64,000 nucleotides of DNA, from positions 103,354,001-103,418,000 of the forward strand of contig OX597819.1 of the NCBI GenBank assembly GCA_951406725.2, written 5' to 3'. The position numbers and the translations under genes are program-made. The notes under the pieces were generated by a model that saw only the letters and a program-made list of their open reading frames with translations, had not been told where the DNA came from and did not search any database. Position 1 is the first letter of the stretch. Every line of letters begins with the position of its first letter. Source of the DNA: Octopus vulgaris. Lineage: Eukaryota. Positions 39,871 through 54,319 of the stretch are shown here, in pieces.

Positions 39871-40959
39871 TACGGTAGTGGTTGTCACTCTATTACAAAC
39901 TGTTGGTCAGACGTTCGTAAATGGCGCTCAATAGAGTCTGGAGCAATTGTACAAGTGAGTGGACAAGCGAAAGAAGGTCACTCAAGAAATTTATTGGGAG
40001 TTGCAAGTATGAATCAAAACAGTTTGATTCAATTCCTTGGCATCTTTGAGTTTCAAGCGTCATGCTAGTCGTCAGCCATTTTGATTTTGAGTGACAGAAG
40101 TTAATTGCTATTACCGTACGGTGGGCTGCGATTGGTCGAGGAAGGTCACGCGGTGTCGTGGTTTGATGCTGGTATATGGGTAACTGCTAGTTGGAAAATA
40201 TCGCAGGGTGAACAGGAAATTAACGACGTAGTGATCTGGAAATGAGTCACGTTATTGGAGGGAGTAGGAAGTGGCATGTGCTCTAACCCCAAAACCAACC
40301 TTCAACTTCCGAAACCCTATCATGTGCCTCGTAGAGGAATCCTGCGTTTCAAGTAGTATTCAGAGCCACCCTTACACCATATGATGGAATTCAAACGCAT
40401 TATATAGATATGACCGCAAATGACTTCAAAAGAAGATACTCTCAGGATAGGCGTTCGTTCAGATCCACAAACAGAGAGAACTCTACTTCACTGTCTCGTT
40501 TTCATTGGAGACTCCCTGATTTTCGAAATGAAATATCCAGTATCAAGTGGACTATTGCCGACAAAGCTCCCCCATATTCATAAGGCACCCCCCCCCCCAC
40601 CCACTGCCACCTCTTCCTCCATGAAAAACTGCATAACCTCTAACAGCCTACAGTATCCATCAAGAAATACGATTTATCGTATTGCTGTCACCAGAAGTAT
40701 GCCCTTCCAGCAAATACCACTTTAGCTACTCTGCACCACCTGCACCGAGGTCACAACCAAACCTATGAGTAGGACTGCCAATTACCAATACCCGACGTTT
40801 ACCAACCACCAATGCACACCAATTCCCAAAGTTTACCCATCCCAACGCTTACCAATCCTCAGCGGTTGTTTTGCGCGTGTATACTCACGTACACGCACGC
40901 TTGAATTGTTTCGCTATATTTTACAGCTGTAGCATATTGGGGAAACGTTGTAATCAGGC

Positions 40960-41230
40960 AGCTATGTGAACTGGTGTGGGAGGAGACAAGCATTATGGTG
41001 GCCACCAAGTTGAAGGTGTACAAAGCAGTTATAATGCCTACGCTAGTGTACGCCTGCGAGACTCGAACGGTTTACGAACGTCACAGGAAAAGTTAAACCA
41101 GTAAACAAGGACCCAGACATGGGGTCCCCTCCACCAAGCTGATCTGCCAAGCTTGCATACTCCTGAGGAGAGTGGATGTCAGGCGGGCATCTTGTTTGAT
41201 TGCCTTGTTCGATTGCCTGACAAGCGACTC
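40960..41230 (+). mobile_element. RTE (BovB-like) LINE C-terminal fragment
   Basis: VWEETSIMVATKLKVYKAVIMPTLVYACETRTVYERH. Confidence 0.8.
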
Positions 41231-41256
41231 CTTTGGAGATTGTTTTAGTCATTTAT

Positions 41257-41616
41257 ATATTTCAGTCATTTGACTGCGGCCATGCTGGAACACCAGCTTT
41301 AGTCGAACAAATCGTTCCCTAGACTTATTCTTTGTAAGCCTAGTACTGATTTTATCGGTATCTTTTTCCAAACCGCTATGTTACGGGAATATAAACACAC
41401 CAAAATTTATTGTGAAGCGAAGGTGGGGGTACAAACGCAGACACACAAATGTAAACATCTATATATATACCTATACGACGTGCCTCTTTCAGTCTCCGTC
41501 TATCAAATCCACTCACAAGGATTTGGTCAGCCCAAGGCTAGAGTAGAAGACACTTGCCGAAGTTGTCACGTAGTGGAACTGAACCCGGAACCATGTGCTA
41601 GGAAGCTTCTTACCAC
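41257..41616 (-). mobile_element. SINE family A
   Basis: TTTCAGTCATTTGACTGCGGCCATGCTGG...GAAGACACTTGCC...ACTGAACCCGGAACCATGTG. Confidence 0.85.
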
Positions 41617-42284
41617 TCTAATATGTTTGAATGTGCTGTATAAGGTGACAGAGGTGTAAATCTGCTACCACTTCACTGTCAAAGAAATATTTCCTCGTTA
41701 GAATAGCTAAGTTCTAGATATATTTCCCCTCCCGCAGTTCTACTCGCAATGAGTTTTCTCCGGCGGAAATAGATGAGAAGAGAAACCGTAGAAATAAATG
41801 GAAAATAGAAGTTCATATTTTAACTTAACTGAAAACGAGACTATAAAGGACTCTCCGTGCGGTCGTTTAACCTGACGGAAATAACTGCCAGATCCTTCTG
41901 AAATCACATACTACATTAATTATTTGAAGATTAGTAGACAATATATTTCAATGATGAAATCAAATGTCTGGGACATTTTAATCATAGATCAACACGCAAA
42001 GAAATGACTTAGGTTCATAGATTGACAAAAAAAGAAACACCTGAAATCCTTGACCTTCCCAGTAGTAGACGAAGTATGGAGGTCATGGACAAGCCTATTC
42101 TCCTTTGAGGGATTGTAAAAATTAACAAAATATAATCCAGAACTCATGAAACAGTTGCAAAGACTTAAATCATAGGCATGAACACAGAAACATTTGCACA
42201 TCCTTACATGTAGAGATATATACACACATATACACGAAGACATACTTACTTATATACAGATACATGCACTTCAATATATTGTAA

Positions 42285-42620
42285 ATCACATGGTTTCCAG
42301 GTTCAGTCCCACTGTGTGGCACCTTGGGCGAGTCTTTTCTACTATAGACTCGAGCCGACCAAGGCCTTGTCTGTAAATTTGGTAGGTAGAAACTGAAAGA
42401 AACTTGTCGTATACATACATATATGTGTGTGTATATGTGTGTTTTTATATCCTTAAATCCTTAAAAATGTTTCAGCTTGTGTGTTTGTTTGTCCCCGCCC
42501 GTATCGCTTGACATTTGATGCTGGTTTGTTTGTAACACCGTAACATAGCGGTTCGGCAAAAGAGACCAAAGCTTGGCTGCAGTCAGATGCCTGAAACAAA
42601 TAAAACAAAAATAAAAGAAG
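42285..42620 (+). mobile_element. SINE family A with internal deletion
   Basis: GGTTCAGTCCCACTG..GCACCTTGGGC...GCGGTTCGGCAAAAGAGACC. Confidence 0.8.
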
Positions 42621-42682
<62 letters not shown>

Positions 42683-42697
42683 TTATATGTATATATG

Positions 42698-42734
<37 letters not shown>

Positions 42735-42749
42735 TATAATTATTTATAT

Positions 42750-42800
<51 letters not shown>

Positions 42801-42829
42801 AATGTATGTGTATATAAGTGCATATATGT

Positions 42830-43029
42830 TTGTGTCTCTGTATTTCTGCTCCCAACATCGCTTGACAACCGATGCTGGTGTGTTTATGTCTCTGTAACTT
42901 AGCGGTTCAGCAAAAGAGAACGATAGAATAAGTACTAGGCTTACAAAGAATAAGTCCTGGGGTCGATTTGCTCGACTAAAGGTCGTGCTCCAGCATTGTC
43001 ACAGTCAAATGACTGAAACAAATAAAAGA

Positions 43030-43030
<1 letters not shown>
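42830..43030 (+). mobile_element. SINE family A, 3' half
   Basis: CATCGCTTGACAACCGATGCTGG...GACTGAAACAAATAAAAGAG. Confidence 0.85.
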
Positions 43031-43089
<59 letters not shown>

Positions 43090-43233
43090 TCTCAATTCAC
43101 AAATAAAGAAATTATACCCACCAATGCGGTGTTGAGTACTCACTTTCATCGTTCGACATTTGCAAACACACACACACATAAACATATATACAAGCATACA
43201 CACCCTCCATAGCACACACACATACTCACATTC

Positions 43234-43282
<49 letters not shown>

Positions 43283-43632
43283 AAGAAACAGAGAAGAGAG
43301 AGAAAGAGAGAGAGAGATACATAGATATGTATTACATATATATTTCATCTGTATATATACCTATAATATGATATATAATACATATATTATATATAATGCA
43401 CACCCATTATTTTCATGGGTCTATCGGCAGGAAACAGCCGGACTATACATCATGGCCAAACGTCAGTTCGGTATCCATTTGTCAGTGATAGAATGTGTTT
43501 AATATTGTACAGACATAGTCTTCAATCTATTGATCCATCGATCCGCGTCCCATCCCAGCTTTATCAGCTTTATTTATTCATTGCATTACTGCTTTATTTA
43601 ATCTTCGCATTTTTTCTTATTGAACTTGTCGC

Positions 43633-43669
43633 TGTGGTGGTGGTGGCGGTGGTGGTGGTGGTGGTGGTG

Positions 43670-43716
<47 letters not shown>

Positions 43717-43719
43717 GAT

Positions 43720-43763
<44 letters not shown>

Positions 43764-43770
43764 GGTGATG

Positions 43771-43855
<85 letters not shown>

Positions 43856-43860
43856 CGGTA
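43633..43860. repeat. Alternating (GGT)n/(AGT)n tract
   Basis: Directly visible. Confidence 0.95.
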
Positions 43861-45269
43861 ATAGTTTTATTCCTTTTTTTACAGTCATGATTTGAATCAT
43901 TCATTTATTTCAATGTTGGCTTAATATACATACTTATACACACACACACACATGTATGTGCATATAGATATGCACGCATCTACATATATATATATATATA
44001 TATATACATACATATATATGTACATATATACACGCATATATACAAACTCATAGGTGTGTGTGTGTGTGTGTGTGTGTGTGCATGTATACATATATATATA
44101 TATATGATTTTCAGAGTGTTCTTCCTTATATCTTTCATGGTAGTTTTTGTAATGTTGCTTTATTGTTCTTCCCTTATAACCTTGTAAGCTTTCCTAATCT
44201 AATTTTTTATTTCTCTCCCAGACTTTCTATCTATATCTATCAATGCAACTCTTTCTTAATCTACTTTCACTTTCTCTCTCCGTCTCCTACTTCATTCTCC
44301 CACCCTGATGCTTTGGACCAGCTTATATACTTTTTCCTTTATCTGTCTATGTATCATTTATTTATATATCTATTTATCATTGCATATATATAGACCCTTT
44401 CCAAACAGTAATCAATGTATCTGTTAGCTTGTCAGAATAATATTTGTGTATAAATATGTATTATATATATATATGCATGTATGCTTGTTTGTTTGTATGT
44501 ATATATATATTTATATACACAAACAAATATATATGTGTATATATGAATACATATACATGTATGCATATGCATATATATGTGTATATGCACACATATGTAT
44601 ATATGCTTATATATACATATACAAACACACATACACTCGGAATCCACGCTGTATATGTATACGTTTATGCGTTTTGCTGATGTATTTAACGATCGATAAA
44701 TAGATACTACTCATCAGTTGCTCCCGTCCACACTCCACCCCTAAGTCCAGTCCTTTTAAGGAACCTCATATGTGTGTCTATGTATTTTTGTAGGCGTGTG
44801 TTTACACACACACACAGAGTTATGCGTTCGTTTCTCTGTGATTGTTAACTGTGTGAAAGTATACAAATGAATATATATTTCTCAATTACCTATTTATATT
44901 TATATCTATCTTTATAGGTTTTTCTAGCCACTGTTTGTCTCTCTGTCTAACTTTATTAGGAGTCAGTTCATAAATAATAAATAATTTTATTTTCTACCTA
45001 AACATTGCAATTTGTGCCTAATTTTGTTGCCCGTTACTGAATACCAAAGCAACTAAAAGAAAAAAAAATATCAATTCCTTTGACAGCCATGTTCTGTAGA
45101 ATATGGTGAAACGAGAATTTGTGATGGGCATTTCATTCCTCGAAATAATTTACTTTTTATCTTAGAATACGTCTGATCTTCAAATACTTATTTTGGTTTT
45201 AGGACCTATTTTTTATGCAAAATAAAAGTTCAAATCTATGAGATTTAAACATAGATATGTCTATGTGAA

Positions 45270-45598
45270 AGCGCATGGTTCAGTTGTTAGAGCGTCGTGC
45301 TTACGATCATGAGGTTCAGAGTTCGAATCCATGACCGGGTTGCGTGTTGTGTTCTTGAGCAAGACACTTTATTTCACGTTGCTCCAGTTCACTCAGCTGT
45401 AGAAATGAGTTGCGACGTCACAGGTGCCAAGCTGTATCTGCTGTTGCCTTACCCTTGGATAACACTGGTGGCATGGAGAGGGGGGGCGGTATGTATGGGT
45501 GACTGCTGGACTTCCATAAACAAGCTTGCCCGGACTTGTGCCTGGGAGGGTAACTTTCTAGTTGCAATCCCGCGGTCAGACATGACCGAAAGGTGTCT
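45270..45598 (+). mobile_element. tRNA-derived CORE-like SINE, family C
   Basis: A/B-box head (GGTTCAGTTGTTAGAGCG...GTTCGAATCC) then TTGAGCAAGACACTT; highly similar to 49003-49338. Confidence 0.88.
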
Positions 45599-46407
45599 CA
45601 TATGTCTATTACTAAACATGATAATTTAGAGCATTGATTAATCAGATATTTCGATTATATGCTAACTAGCAAGTTTGATCACATAGCCATAGATGGAGCG
45701 GTGATGGAAATAGCTAATTAGTTAAGTACTATAGTTGATTGGAATCTACTATAACTAACCCTAAAATATAAAATGGGGAATATCCATGCCTGATTTATAA
45801 CTTTGAATGTCAGAATATAAACAAACGTATCCAAATATGACAATGAATTTTATTCGTCCTCAATTTGTAAGTGATAAAAAAATGTTACCCTTATAAAAAG
45901 ATGGCTACAAAACAAAATTTGTCGCAAAATACGTAGCAAGAGATAGCACTGAGTGGCCATTTCAAAAATTTTTGAGTTTTCAACCTGAAGATTGCGGCAG
46001 CTAGAGTGTTGTGAATCATTTTGTAGCTGTAATCTTACTTCTAAACAAAGCTCAGCTGTTCTGCAATGTACGTAAATTGTTTGACAAAATTTCTTAATTT
46101 CTTGAAGTTATTTCCTATTGAAATTTTGTTTTCCCTCCCCAATTAAATAATGAGAAATGTCAGAAAATTAAAAGCAATAGGGTTTGAAATAATAATGTCA
46201 TTCTGTGTAAATAAAATTACAGTCTCCAATCCCAGATAAACCGACATCACAACAGGGAACTCAAAAGAGGGCAGCAATATCAAACTCTTTCCTTCACCAA
46301 AAGCCAACCACAAGAGAGTGACCATTAAAGCGGTCATGATATTAGCAGTACATGACCACAGCCTTTGAGCTAAAACGCTTTAAGGAATACATACAAACAT
46401 ACATAAA

Positions 46408-46472
<65 letters not shown>

Positions 46473-47034
46473 TAAAACACATACACACACCTCTATATAC
46501 ATTTACAAATTGGCGCAGATTGATAATTATCAATATATATACACCTACATTTTTATCACTCTCAGCCGCTCTCCCGCTCTTTAAGTACATATATTTATGT
46601 ATATGTTTGTGTGTGTGTGTTATAAAATATCACATAGCAACAACAAAACTAACGCCTCTGATATTGTATGAGAAAAGATGAAACCTCCAGAAGTGAATAT
46701 TAAGGTATTAAGTGTAAATCCTTTTACACAAGGAAGTGTGATGCAAGTCTTTAGGGGAACATATTTACTGACATAAGGTGTCACTATCATTCTAGTTGCC
46801 GCTTCTCCGCGTCTCTCACTATCTTTATTGCGTGTGTGTTTGCGCGCGCACGTTTGTGTGTGTGTGTATGTGTGTGCAAATACAGTCGGGGATCATAGAA
46901 AATTTGTCTGTGTCAGCACATGCGAAGGTAATAGCCAAATAATTGACGTTGTAAAAACACTTAGGGAACTTTAAAGAGGATTCAAACAGGAGAAGAGGAT
47001 ATCCGAGTATTTGCATGTAAAGGTATACACATAT

Positions 47035-47102
<68 letters not shown>

Positions 47103-47664
47103 GGGTATAGACAGAGGACAGAGGAAGTAACTAGAGAACAGGTCGGGTAACGGAGTTATGCAAACTAGAAAAGTTTAAATGTGACCCTTAAAGATGACAT
47201 AGGTTACTCTAGGAGTGGTGCTGCTGTGACTAGGGTCAAAGGGGTCGATATCGACTGTGTGGAAAACTGTGTTGACAGACATCTGGTGATAGTTTACTAA
47301 CAGCAAGGTGTGAAATACTGGGGATTTAGTCCTGGCATTTCTCATTTAAAGATGGTATGTCAGAATGTGTGTTTGTGTGCGTGAGTATGTGTGCGTGAGT
47401 GTGTGCGCGTTTGTATGTGCTTACCTGTTTGTTTTGAAGTGAATTTGCATCACCAACGTGCTGAGGTATGTATGTGTGTGTGTGCCTCTCTCTTTCTCTA
47501 TCTCTCTCTCTCTCTCTCTTATTTATGTGTGTGTATATATATATGTATGTATAAATATATATGTATATATGAATATATATATATATATATGTGTATATAT
47601 TGATAGATAGATAGACAGACAGAGAGACAGAGTGTAGAAAGATAGAACATAGATACATGCATAC

Positions 47665-47784
<120 letters not shown>

Positions 47785-48134
47785 CTAGATAGATAGATAC
47801 ACACGCATTCTGATTGAATCTTCCATGTGTCAACATGTACCTCCATGCAACCATGCAGCTTTAAATTTATCAATATATCCTTGTCCTGAAGAGCAGCTCT
47901 CTGTAATGTTTACCACTTCTAAGGTTCCGCTCGCTATGAATCATATGTAACCCGAATCTTACCAAGCCCATATCGCAGCTGTTGTATATATATATATGTA
48001 TATCGACTCACAATGCTTTGGTCGGCTCGAGGCTATAGTAGAAGACACTCGCCCAAGGTGTCAAGCACTGGTAAGCAAATCACCCCTGCATCTTGTGTAT
48101 ATACATACATACATACATATATACATATATATAT

Positions 48135-48412
48135 ATTATATTGAGGGTACTACTATTCGTAGATACCAACACGCTAAGAGGGACCAATGCGGTCAAAACT
48201 ACTAAAAATAAACAAAATTTTACCGAATGCAAAACTTCAATAACACATCATTTTAAAAAGAATTCAGTTACATATCATATGTAACTGAATTCTTTTTTAA
48301 AATGATGTGTTTTTGAAGTTTTGCATTCGGTAAAATTTTGTTTATTTTTAGTAGTTTTGACCGCATTGGTCCCTCTTAGCGTGTTGGTATCTACGAATAG
48401 TAGTACCCTCAA
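48135..48412. repeat. Near-perfect palindrome, about 135 bp arms, 1-nt loop at 48276
   Basis: TTGAGGGTACTACTATTCG...GTTACATAT-C-ATATGTAAC...CGAATAGTAGTACCCTCAA; I see only one substitution and one 1-nt indel. Confidence 0.97.
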
Positions 48413-48796
48413 TCTCTCTCTATATAAACGGCAGTTTGTCTGTGCGTGTTTCTGTGTGTCTGTCAGGTTGTACCCTCACCCTGACCACGGCTTTCAACCG
48501 ATTCTGATGAAACTTGACACACACATAGCCCAATGTCATAATTCAAAACTAACGCAGAGAAAATTTTGAAAAGTTCCCCCAATTCTGAAAAAGATCGATA
48601 AATTCGACATGGGGTCGAGAATCAGAAACACAAACCACAGATGGTCTAGGGGACGCAACTCGACCTTTTTAACTATCAAAAAAATTTACCATAATTTTTT
48701 CCCCCATTTTTTTGCTATTTTTTAGCTATAACTCTCTAAAAAGGCTTTATAGTTATTTCCCTTACAAACCCGAGCAACGCCGGGCGATACTGCTAG
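48413..48796 (+). mobile_element. Non-autonomous Helitron
   Basis: 5' TC start, subterminal hairpin CCCGAGCAACGCCGGG (48769-48784), 3' CTAG, inserted between A and T with no target-site duplication. Confidence 0.88.
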
Positions 48797-48928
48797 TATA
48801 ATATAAATGAATATTTTCAAAGAGGAAGAATTTACGAATTTTTTCTCTTACGAGGTTTTTCACGCTGACTACTGATAATTTCTTTTAAAGATTTTATCCT
48901 CAATTGTTAACTTACATATGTATATATG

Positions 48929-49000
<72 letters not shown>

Positions 49001-49002
49001 AA

Positions 49003-49333
49003 GGCGCATTTCTCAGTGGTTAGAGCGTCGAGCTAACGATCGTGAGGTTGTGAGCTCGAATCCCGGACCGGGCTGGGTGTTGTGTTCTTGAGCAAGGCAC
49101 TTTATTTCACGTTGCTCCAGTTCACTCAGCTGTAGAAATGAGTTGCGACATCACTGGTGCCAAGTTGTATCGACCTTTGCCTTTCCCTTGGATAACACTG
49201 GTGGCGTGGAGAGGGGAGGCTGGTATGCATGGGCGACTGCTGGTCTTCCATAAACAACCTTGCCCGGACTTGTGTCTAGGAGGGTAACTTTCTAGGTGTA
49301 ATCCCATGGTCATTCATGACCGAAGGGGGTCTT

Positions 49334-49338
<5 letters not shown>
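49003..49338 (+). mobile_element. tRNA-derived CORE-like SINE, family C
   Basis: Second copy of 45270-45598, flanked by (TA)n. Confidence 0.9.
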
Positions 49339-49371
<33 letters not shown>

Positions 49372-49373
<2 letters not shown>

Positions 49374-49555
49374 CTTTACTACCCACAAGGGGCTAAACAC
49401 AGAGGGGACAAACAAGGACAGACAAACGGATTAAGTCGATTATATCGACCCCAGTGCGTAACTGGTACTTATTTTATCGACCCCGAAAGGATGAAAGGCA
49501 AAGTCGACCTCGGCGGAATTTGAACTCAGAACGTAACGGCAGACGAAATACGGCT
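49372..49555 (-). mobile_element. SINE family B, 5'-truncated
   Basis: Close reverse-complement match to 19255-19442. Confidence 0.9.
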
Positions 49556-49637
49556 ATATATATATATATATACGCATACGCATACATACCACACGGTAAA
49601 CAAACGCATATACACACAGACACAGTAATGCATATGT

Positions 49638-49865
49638 AAGGTGCGATGAATAAACTGTTTTCTAAATTACGCAAAAATGAAAATAACACTGACATCTTAT
49701 TTTAACACATACATTTACTAAAATCACATTAAAATATCTGGAAATACTAAAGAGAAAATTTGTTCAATAAAATCGCCATTGGCTTTGACCACAGCCTCCA
49801 GACGACTGCGGAATCACCTGCAACTCTTCCGGATGGTCTCCTTGTTTAAGTTGCTGAATGCTCCC
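49638..49865 (-). mobile_element. Tc1/mariner 3' end fragment
   Basis: Minus translation NLNKETIRKSCR*FRSRLEAVVKANGDFIE. Confidence 0.75.
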
Positions 49866-49869
49866 AATG

Positions 49870-50012
49870 TTGATGTGCTTACGTTTCCGTAACTTAGCGT
49901 TTCGACAAAAGAGATCGATAGAATAAGTACTAGGCTTACAAAGAATAAGTCCTGGGGTCGATTTCTTCGACTAAAACGCTTCAAGAATGTGCTCCAGCAA
50001 GGCCATAGTCAT
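49870..50012 (+). mobile_element. SINE family A, 3' fragment
   Basis: GTAACTTAGCG...GATAGAATAAGTACTAGGCTTACAAAGAATAAGTCCTGGGGTCGAT. Confidence 0.8.
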
Positions 50013-50169
50013 GAAAGAATAACACATGAAAGAATATATCCAGCCATCCATCTATCCACCAATCCATCCATCCATTCATTCATCCATCCATCCATACATA
50101 CATACATACAGGCATGCAGCAGTATACAGAGACACGAGAGGTGGAACAGTGAACATCACAGAAGCTTCT

Positions 50170-50965
50170 TCATGAGAAGACACAGGCTCCTTTTGGAGGA
50201 AAATCTGGCGTGAAGAGGAGTTTAAGCAAGGTGCTCTGTGGCTGGAAGAAATCTGAAGAAGTTATTGTTCCTGCGTTACACCCAAGAGATACAGCATGGA
50301 TGTAATGCCCTTTCAGCTGTGATCCAGAAACTCCAGGAATGGGAAAGCACCTGGAAGAGACTTGATTGTTGGATAGTGGTGCAAGAAGCTTACTTTCTAC
50401 CTACTATATCATAAATCTATACCAGCAAGCTCTCATGGGAACAGTAGCATACCACACTGGTCAGTTCTGGAAGAGACAAAATTGAGCCCCAAATGCAGAA
50501 CCACCACATGGCAAAAAACTACCGACCAGGTGCATGCCAAAACTTAATGTATGAGATATGTATAGTATGATGAATCCTCTTCCTCCAGGACCATTGTGAA
50601 ACAAATAACATCATCACAGCAGAACAAGCAGCTTGGAAGAAGGGAGTGTCGAGCAATTCTTAATCAACAAAACTGTGATGTCAGAGAGGAGAGAGCAAAG
50701 AAGGGATCTAGTTCCAATGTCGCTGGACTGCAAGAAAGCCTTTGACTCTGTTCCCCACTCATCGATGTTAGAAGCCCTTCAACTTGCTAAAGTTCCAGTG
50801 AACATAGTCAAAGCTATAGCTGACCTGACTACATCGTAGGTGACCATCTTGAAATTAAACACAAAGTGTGAGTGTATTATCACTCATAAAATAGAGTATC
50901 GCAAAGGCATATCCAAGGGAATGTTGTTTATACATTTTGTAAACCCCTTTTCATTCATGTTACAT
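50170..50965 (+). mobile_element. Second R4/Dong-type RT fragment
   Basis: FLQDHCETNNIITAEQA, EQFLINK, LDCKKAFDSVPH; collinear with 12690-13445 but diverged. Confidence 0.85.
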
Positions 50966-51323
50966 ACATATCCTGTTGTTGATGTTAAAATTCCAATGAA
51001 GGAGCCTTTGATCTCGGTTAGAAACCGGCTCATTCTCTGTTGGCAAGTAAACTTGAAATAAAACTGGATAATGACATACATAAATACATACATGAAAAGT
51101 AAGTCACTAATCAGGCTGTTGGAATATCATAAATATAATACTTTTGATCATAATTCTGGTGGCTCGTGGATGACCTGTGGTTAAACAAAAAGAAAAACAA
51201 TATACGTTGCATTGGAGTTTTAGCAATGCAAAATCATTCAGTATACTGTTATTCTACTAAATGCAATTTGACAATACCATTTACATATGCGCACGTATAT
51301 AAGTTTATGTGTGTGAGTATATA

Positions 51324-51359
<36 letters not shown>

Positions 51360-51445
51360 TGTATGTATGTATGTATGTATGTATGTGTATGTATGTATGT
51401 ATATGTATGTGTGTGTGTTTGTGTGTATAAATGTATGTATATATG

Positions 51446-51515
<70 letters not shown>

Positions 51516-52963
51516 CTTGAGTGCGCTTTGTGAGCAAGCATATATATTGATAGATAGAAAAACCCACACAACTTAACGTATGAACCACTGTCGCTTATGT
51601 TCGTGTGTATGTCTGTGTGCGTGTGTGTGTTTGTGTGTGGGACTGTATATGTGCATATACATACACATATATGTATGTGGATGTATGTGTCAGACAATCG
51701 TAAAATATAAGATAGTGTTGATGTTAAAATAGTAATGTTGGGCTGGTGTGATGCATAGTTAAGTAAGATTGAAACAAAGTATTCTAGTGGCGATGGTGTT
51801 GTAGATAGTGTTGATGGCGGTGGTGGTAGGTCGGACTATAATCCATTCTCGACAAAGATAAACATCAGGCAGCCAACCATAGAGTAAGTAGTATCACGTG
51901 AGTTAAGAAGAATTGGTAAAAGTTATAAAAAGGAATAACGTTTGGGAAATGTTGATTCGTTATCAACATAAACGAACCAGTCAATGTATATAAATGACAT
52001 GATATGCTATAATAGAAGATGAGGAGACTCTAGTGAGTTGTAAATCCTTTTTACTGGAACTAACCATTTGCAGGTTTACGGTTGGGAAGGGAAGCTGGTA
52101 TGTGCTGAGATTATGAAGAAGTGTTTAATAAACAAGTTATAAAATTGATATCTGTTTTATTGCAGCTGACCACTAGATGGAATTAATGTTGTGTAAATGC
52201 AGCTGATGATGCAATTTAATGCAATGCAACTGAACTTAGTCTGCAGCGCAAGTGTAAGAAGTTTTTGTTCGTTGCGAATATTTATTAATGGGGGCGTGTT
52301 GCACAGCACGACAGTACGACTAGCACTCAGCTAACACACAAACTACCTACTTCACGAAAGTTGTACCAACCACAAATATTCAACGAGCGAAGGTAAAAGC
52401 CAACAACGAGGTATGTTTATGATAGCAAATGACTTAATAGAAATAGCGGAGTGCATATATGTCACAGCATGCATCTAAAAAAAAAGAAGCAAGAAAAACA
52501 CTGTCGACCATGCAAACAAGGAAACAGTTGGGAAGATCATAACAAGAAGATCTTTCGCTATAGGTCTGCTCAATTAGAGCTGACATGAAGCGAAGAAAAA
52601 ACAGCAACAACCGTGGTTTATAACGCAATCACAAAGCCACAAAATTTTTAGGAGGCCAACTGTCGATTATATCAAGGCCTGTACTTCAAGAGTTCTTTAT
52701 TGATCGGCAGTGAAATGTTGAAAGGTAAGTTGACCTCAACTCTATTTCAATTCGAACCAAAATAGCCCCAATAGATACCAGAATTCATTTGCCCGACGTT
52801 CTAACTACTTTGGCTACCCACTGCAATAGGGAAAAAGAAGTGAAACAACAATAACAGTACGGGACAGAAGGAAGGAACCTATAAATAGTTGCGATATCTG
52901 CTAGAAATAACAGCCAGCTTCCATTCTTAAGCAACAGTATACCATTTAATTATATATATATAT

Positions 52964-53079
52964 CACCGTGATTACTGTGACCGACCAGGCCATCAGATGT
53001 TGCTACACATCGCTGGTCACAAGCCGCTTCGCACTGTTTTAGCCTTCAAATGACGCCACCCGCAGGCTAAGTGAGCAGG

Positions 53080-53082
<3 letters not shown>
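52964..53082 (-). mobile_element. SINE-like family D, 3' fragment
   Basis: Reverse complement of 63815-63930. Confidence 0.8.
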
Positions 53083-53120
<38 letters not shown>

Positions 53121-53125
53121 GAAGG

Positions 53126-53176
53126 AGCTTCTACAGGACTAGAACTGTTTCATTCAAGAGAAATCATCAGGAAGCT
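53126..53176 (-). ncRNA. Type I hammerhead ribozyme motif
   Basis: agcttc-CTGATGA-tttc/tctt/gaat-GAAA-cag/ttctagtc/ctg-TA-gaagct: 6-bp stem I, full core, real stem III; stem II short with a U.U first pair. Confidence 0.8.
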
Positions 53177-53433
53177 AGTTAACAAGAATTGTTTTGGCAT
53201 TTATACATTTACGCAGGTTTAAAGGGGTGGTGGTGGGGGACTTTTGGGGGGTAGGCATAGCGCAAAAATATCATACTTAGGGGAGTGGTCAAGGAGTCAG
53301 TGGTAAAGTAGATAAAAGAATAAATAAAAGAATAAAAAAATAAATAGAAGAATAGAGTTTTAGGTAAATAAGGAGACTCTCGCTTATACATATACACATA
53401 TGTATATATACACACACACACACACATATACAT

Positions 53434-53503
<70 letters not shown>

Positions 53504-54199
53504 ATATACACACACGCCCACACATACATATACATACAAATATATACATACACACACATACACATACACACATACACATACATATATATATACACACATG
53601 CACACACATGTCCATATATACACATATATATACATATATACATATGTGTACCTATACATACCTACACATACGCACATATACATACACATACAAACCCATT
53701 CCCTTATTTTAATTTTATTATTATTTTCATTTATTACTTTTGTTATCTTTGACCGCGGTCACAAGCATCTTGGCTATCGTCCCCCTGGGGACGACAGCAA
53801 GTCCATTTATCGTCTACTCGAACACAAGCACTCACTCACGCACGCACACTCATTTGCACGCACACACACTCATTCGTACACTCGTACACATACACGCACG
53901 CACGCGTTATATTCATACATACATACATCTACATACATTCACATATATACACATACGTACGCGTACCTACAGATTCATGTCTACACGCTTACACATACAT
54001 ACCTCAATAAACCCACAGAAGACTAGTCCATACATATACACCAATAAATATATATACACATATACATATACACCTACATATACATACATACACATACACA
54101 TATATATACGTATATATACATACATATACATACACCTATACATACATATATACACATACACACACCCACACATATACATATATATACACACATATATAT

Positions 54200-54248
<49 letters not shown>

Positions 54249-54319
54249 TAATAAAAGAATAGAACATATGCATATATATAAACATATATGTACGTACCTA
54301 CCTCTACATGTACATATAC

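Noticed and set aside
45270-45345. tRNA-like sequences here and at 49003 and the SINE A heads
   Set aside because: They continue into SINE bodies and do not give a clean cloverleaf, so they are not called tRNA genes
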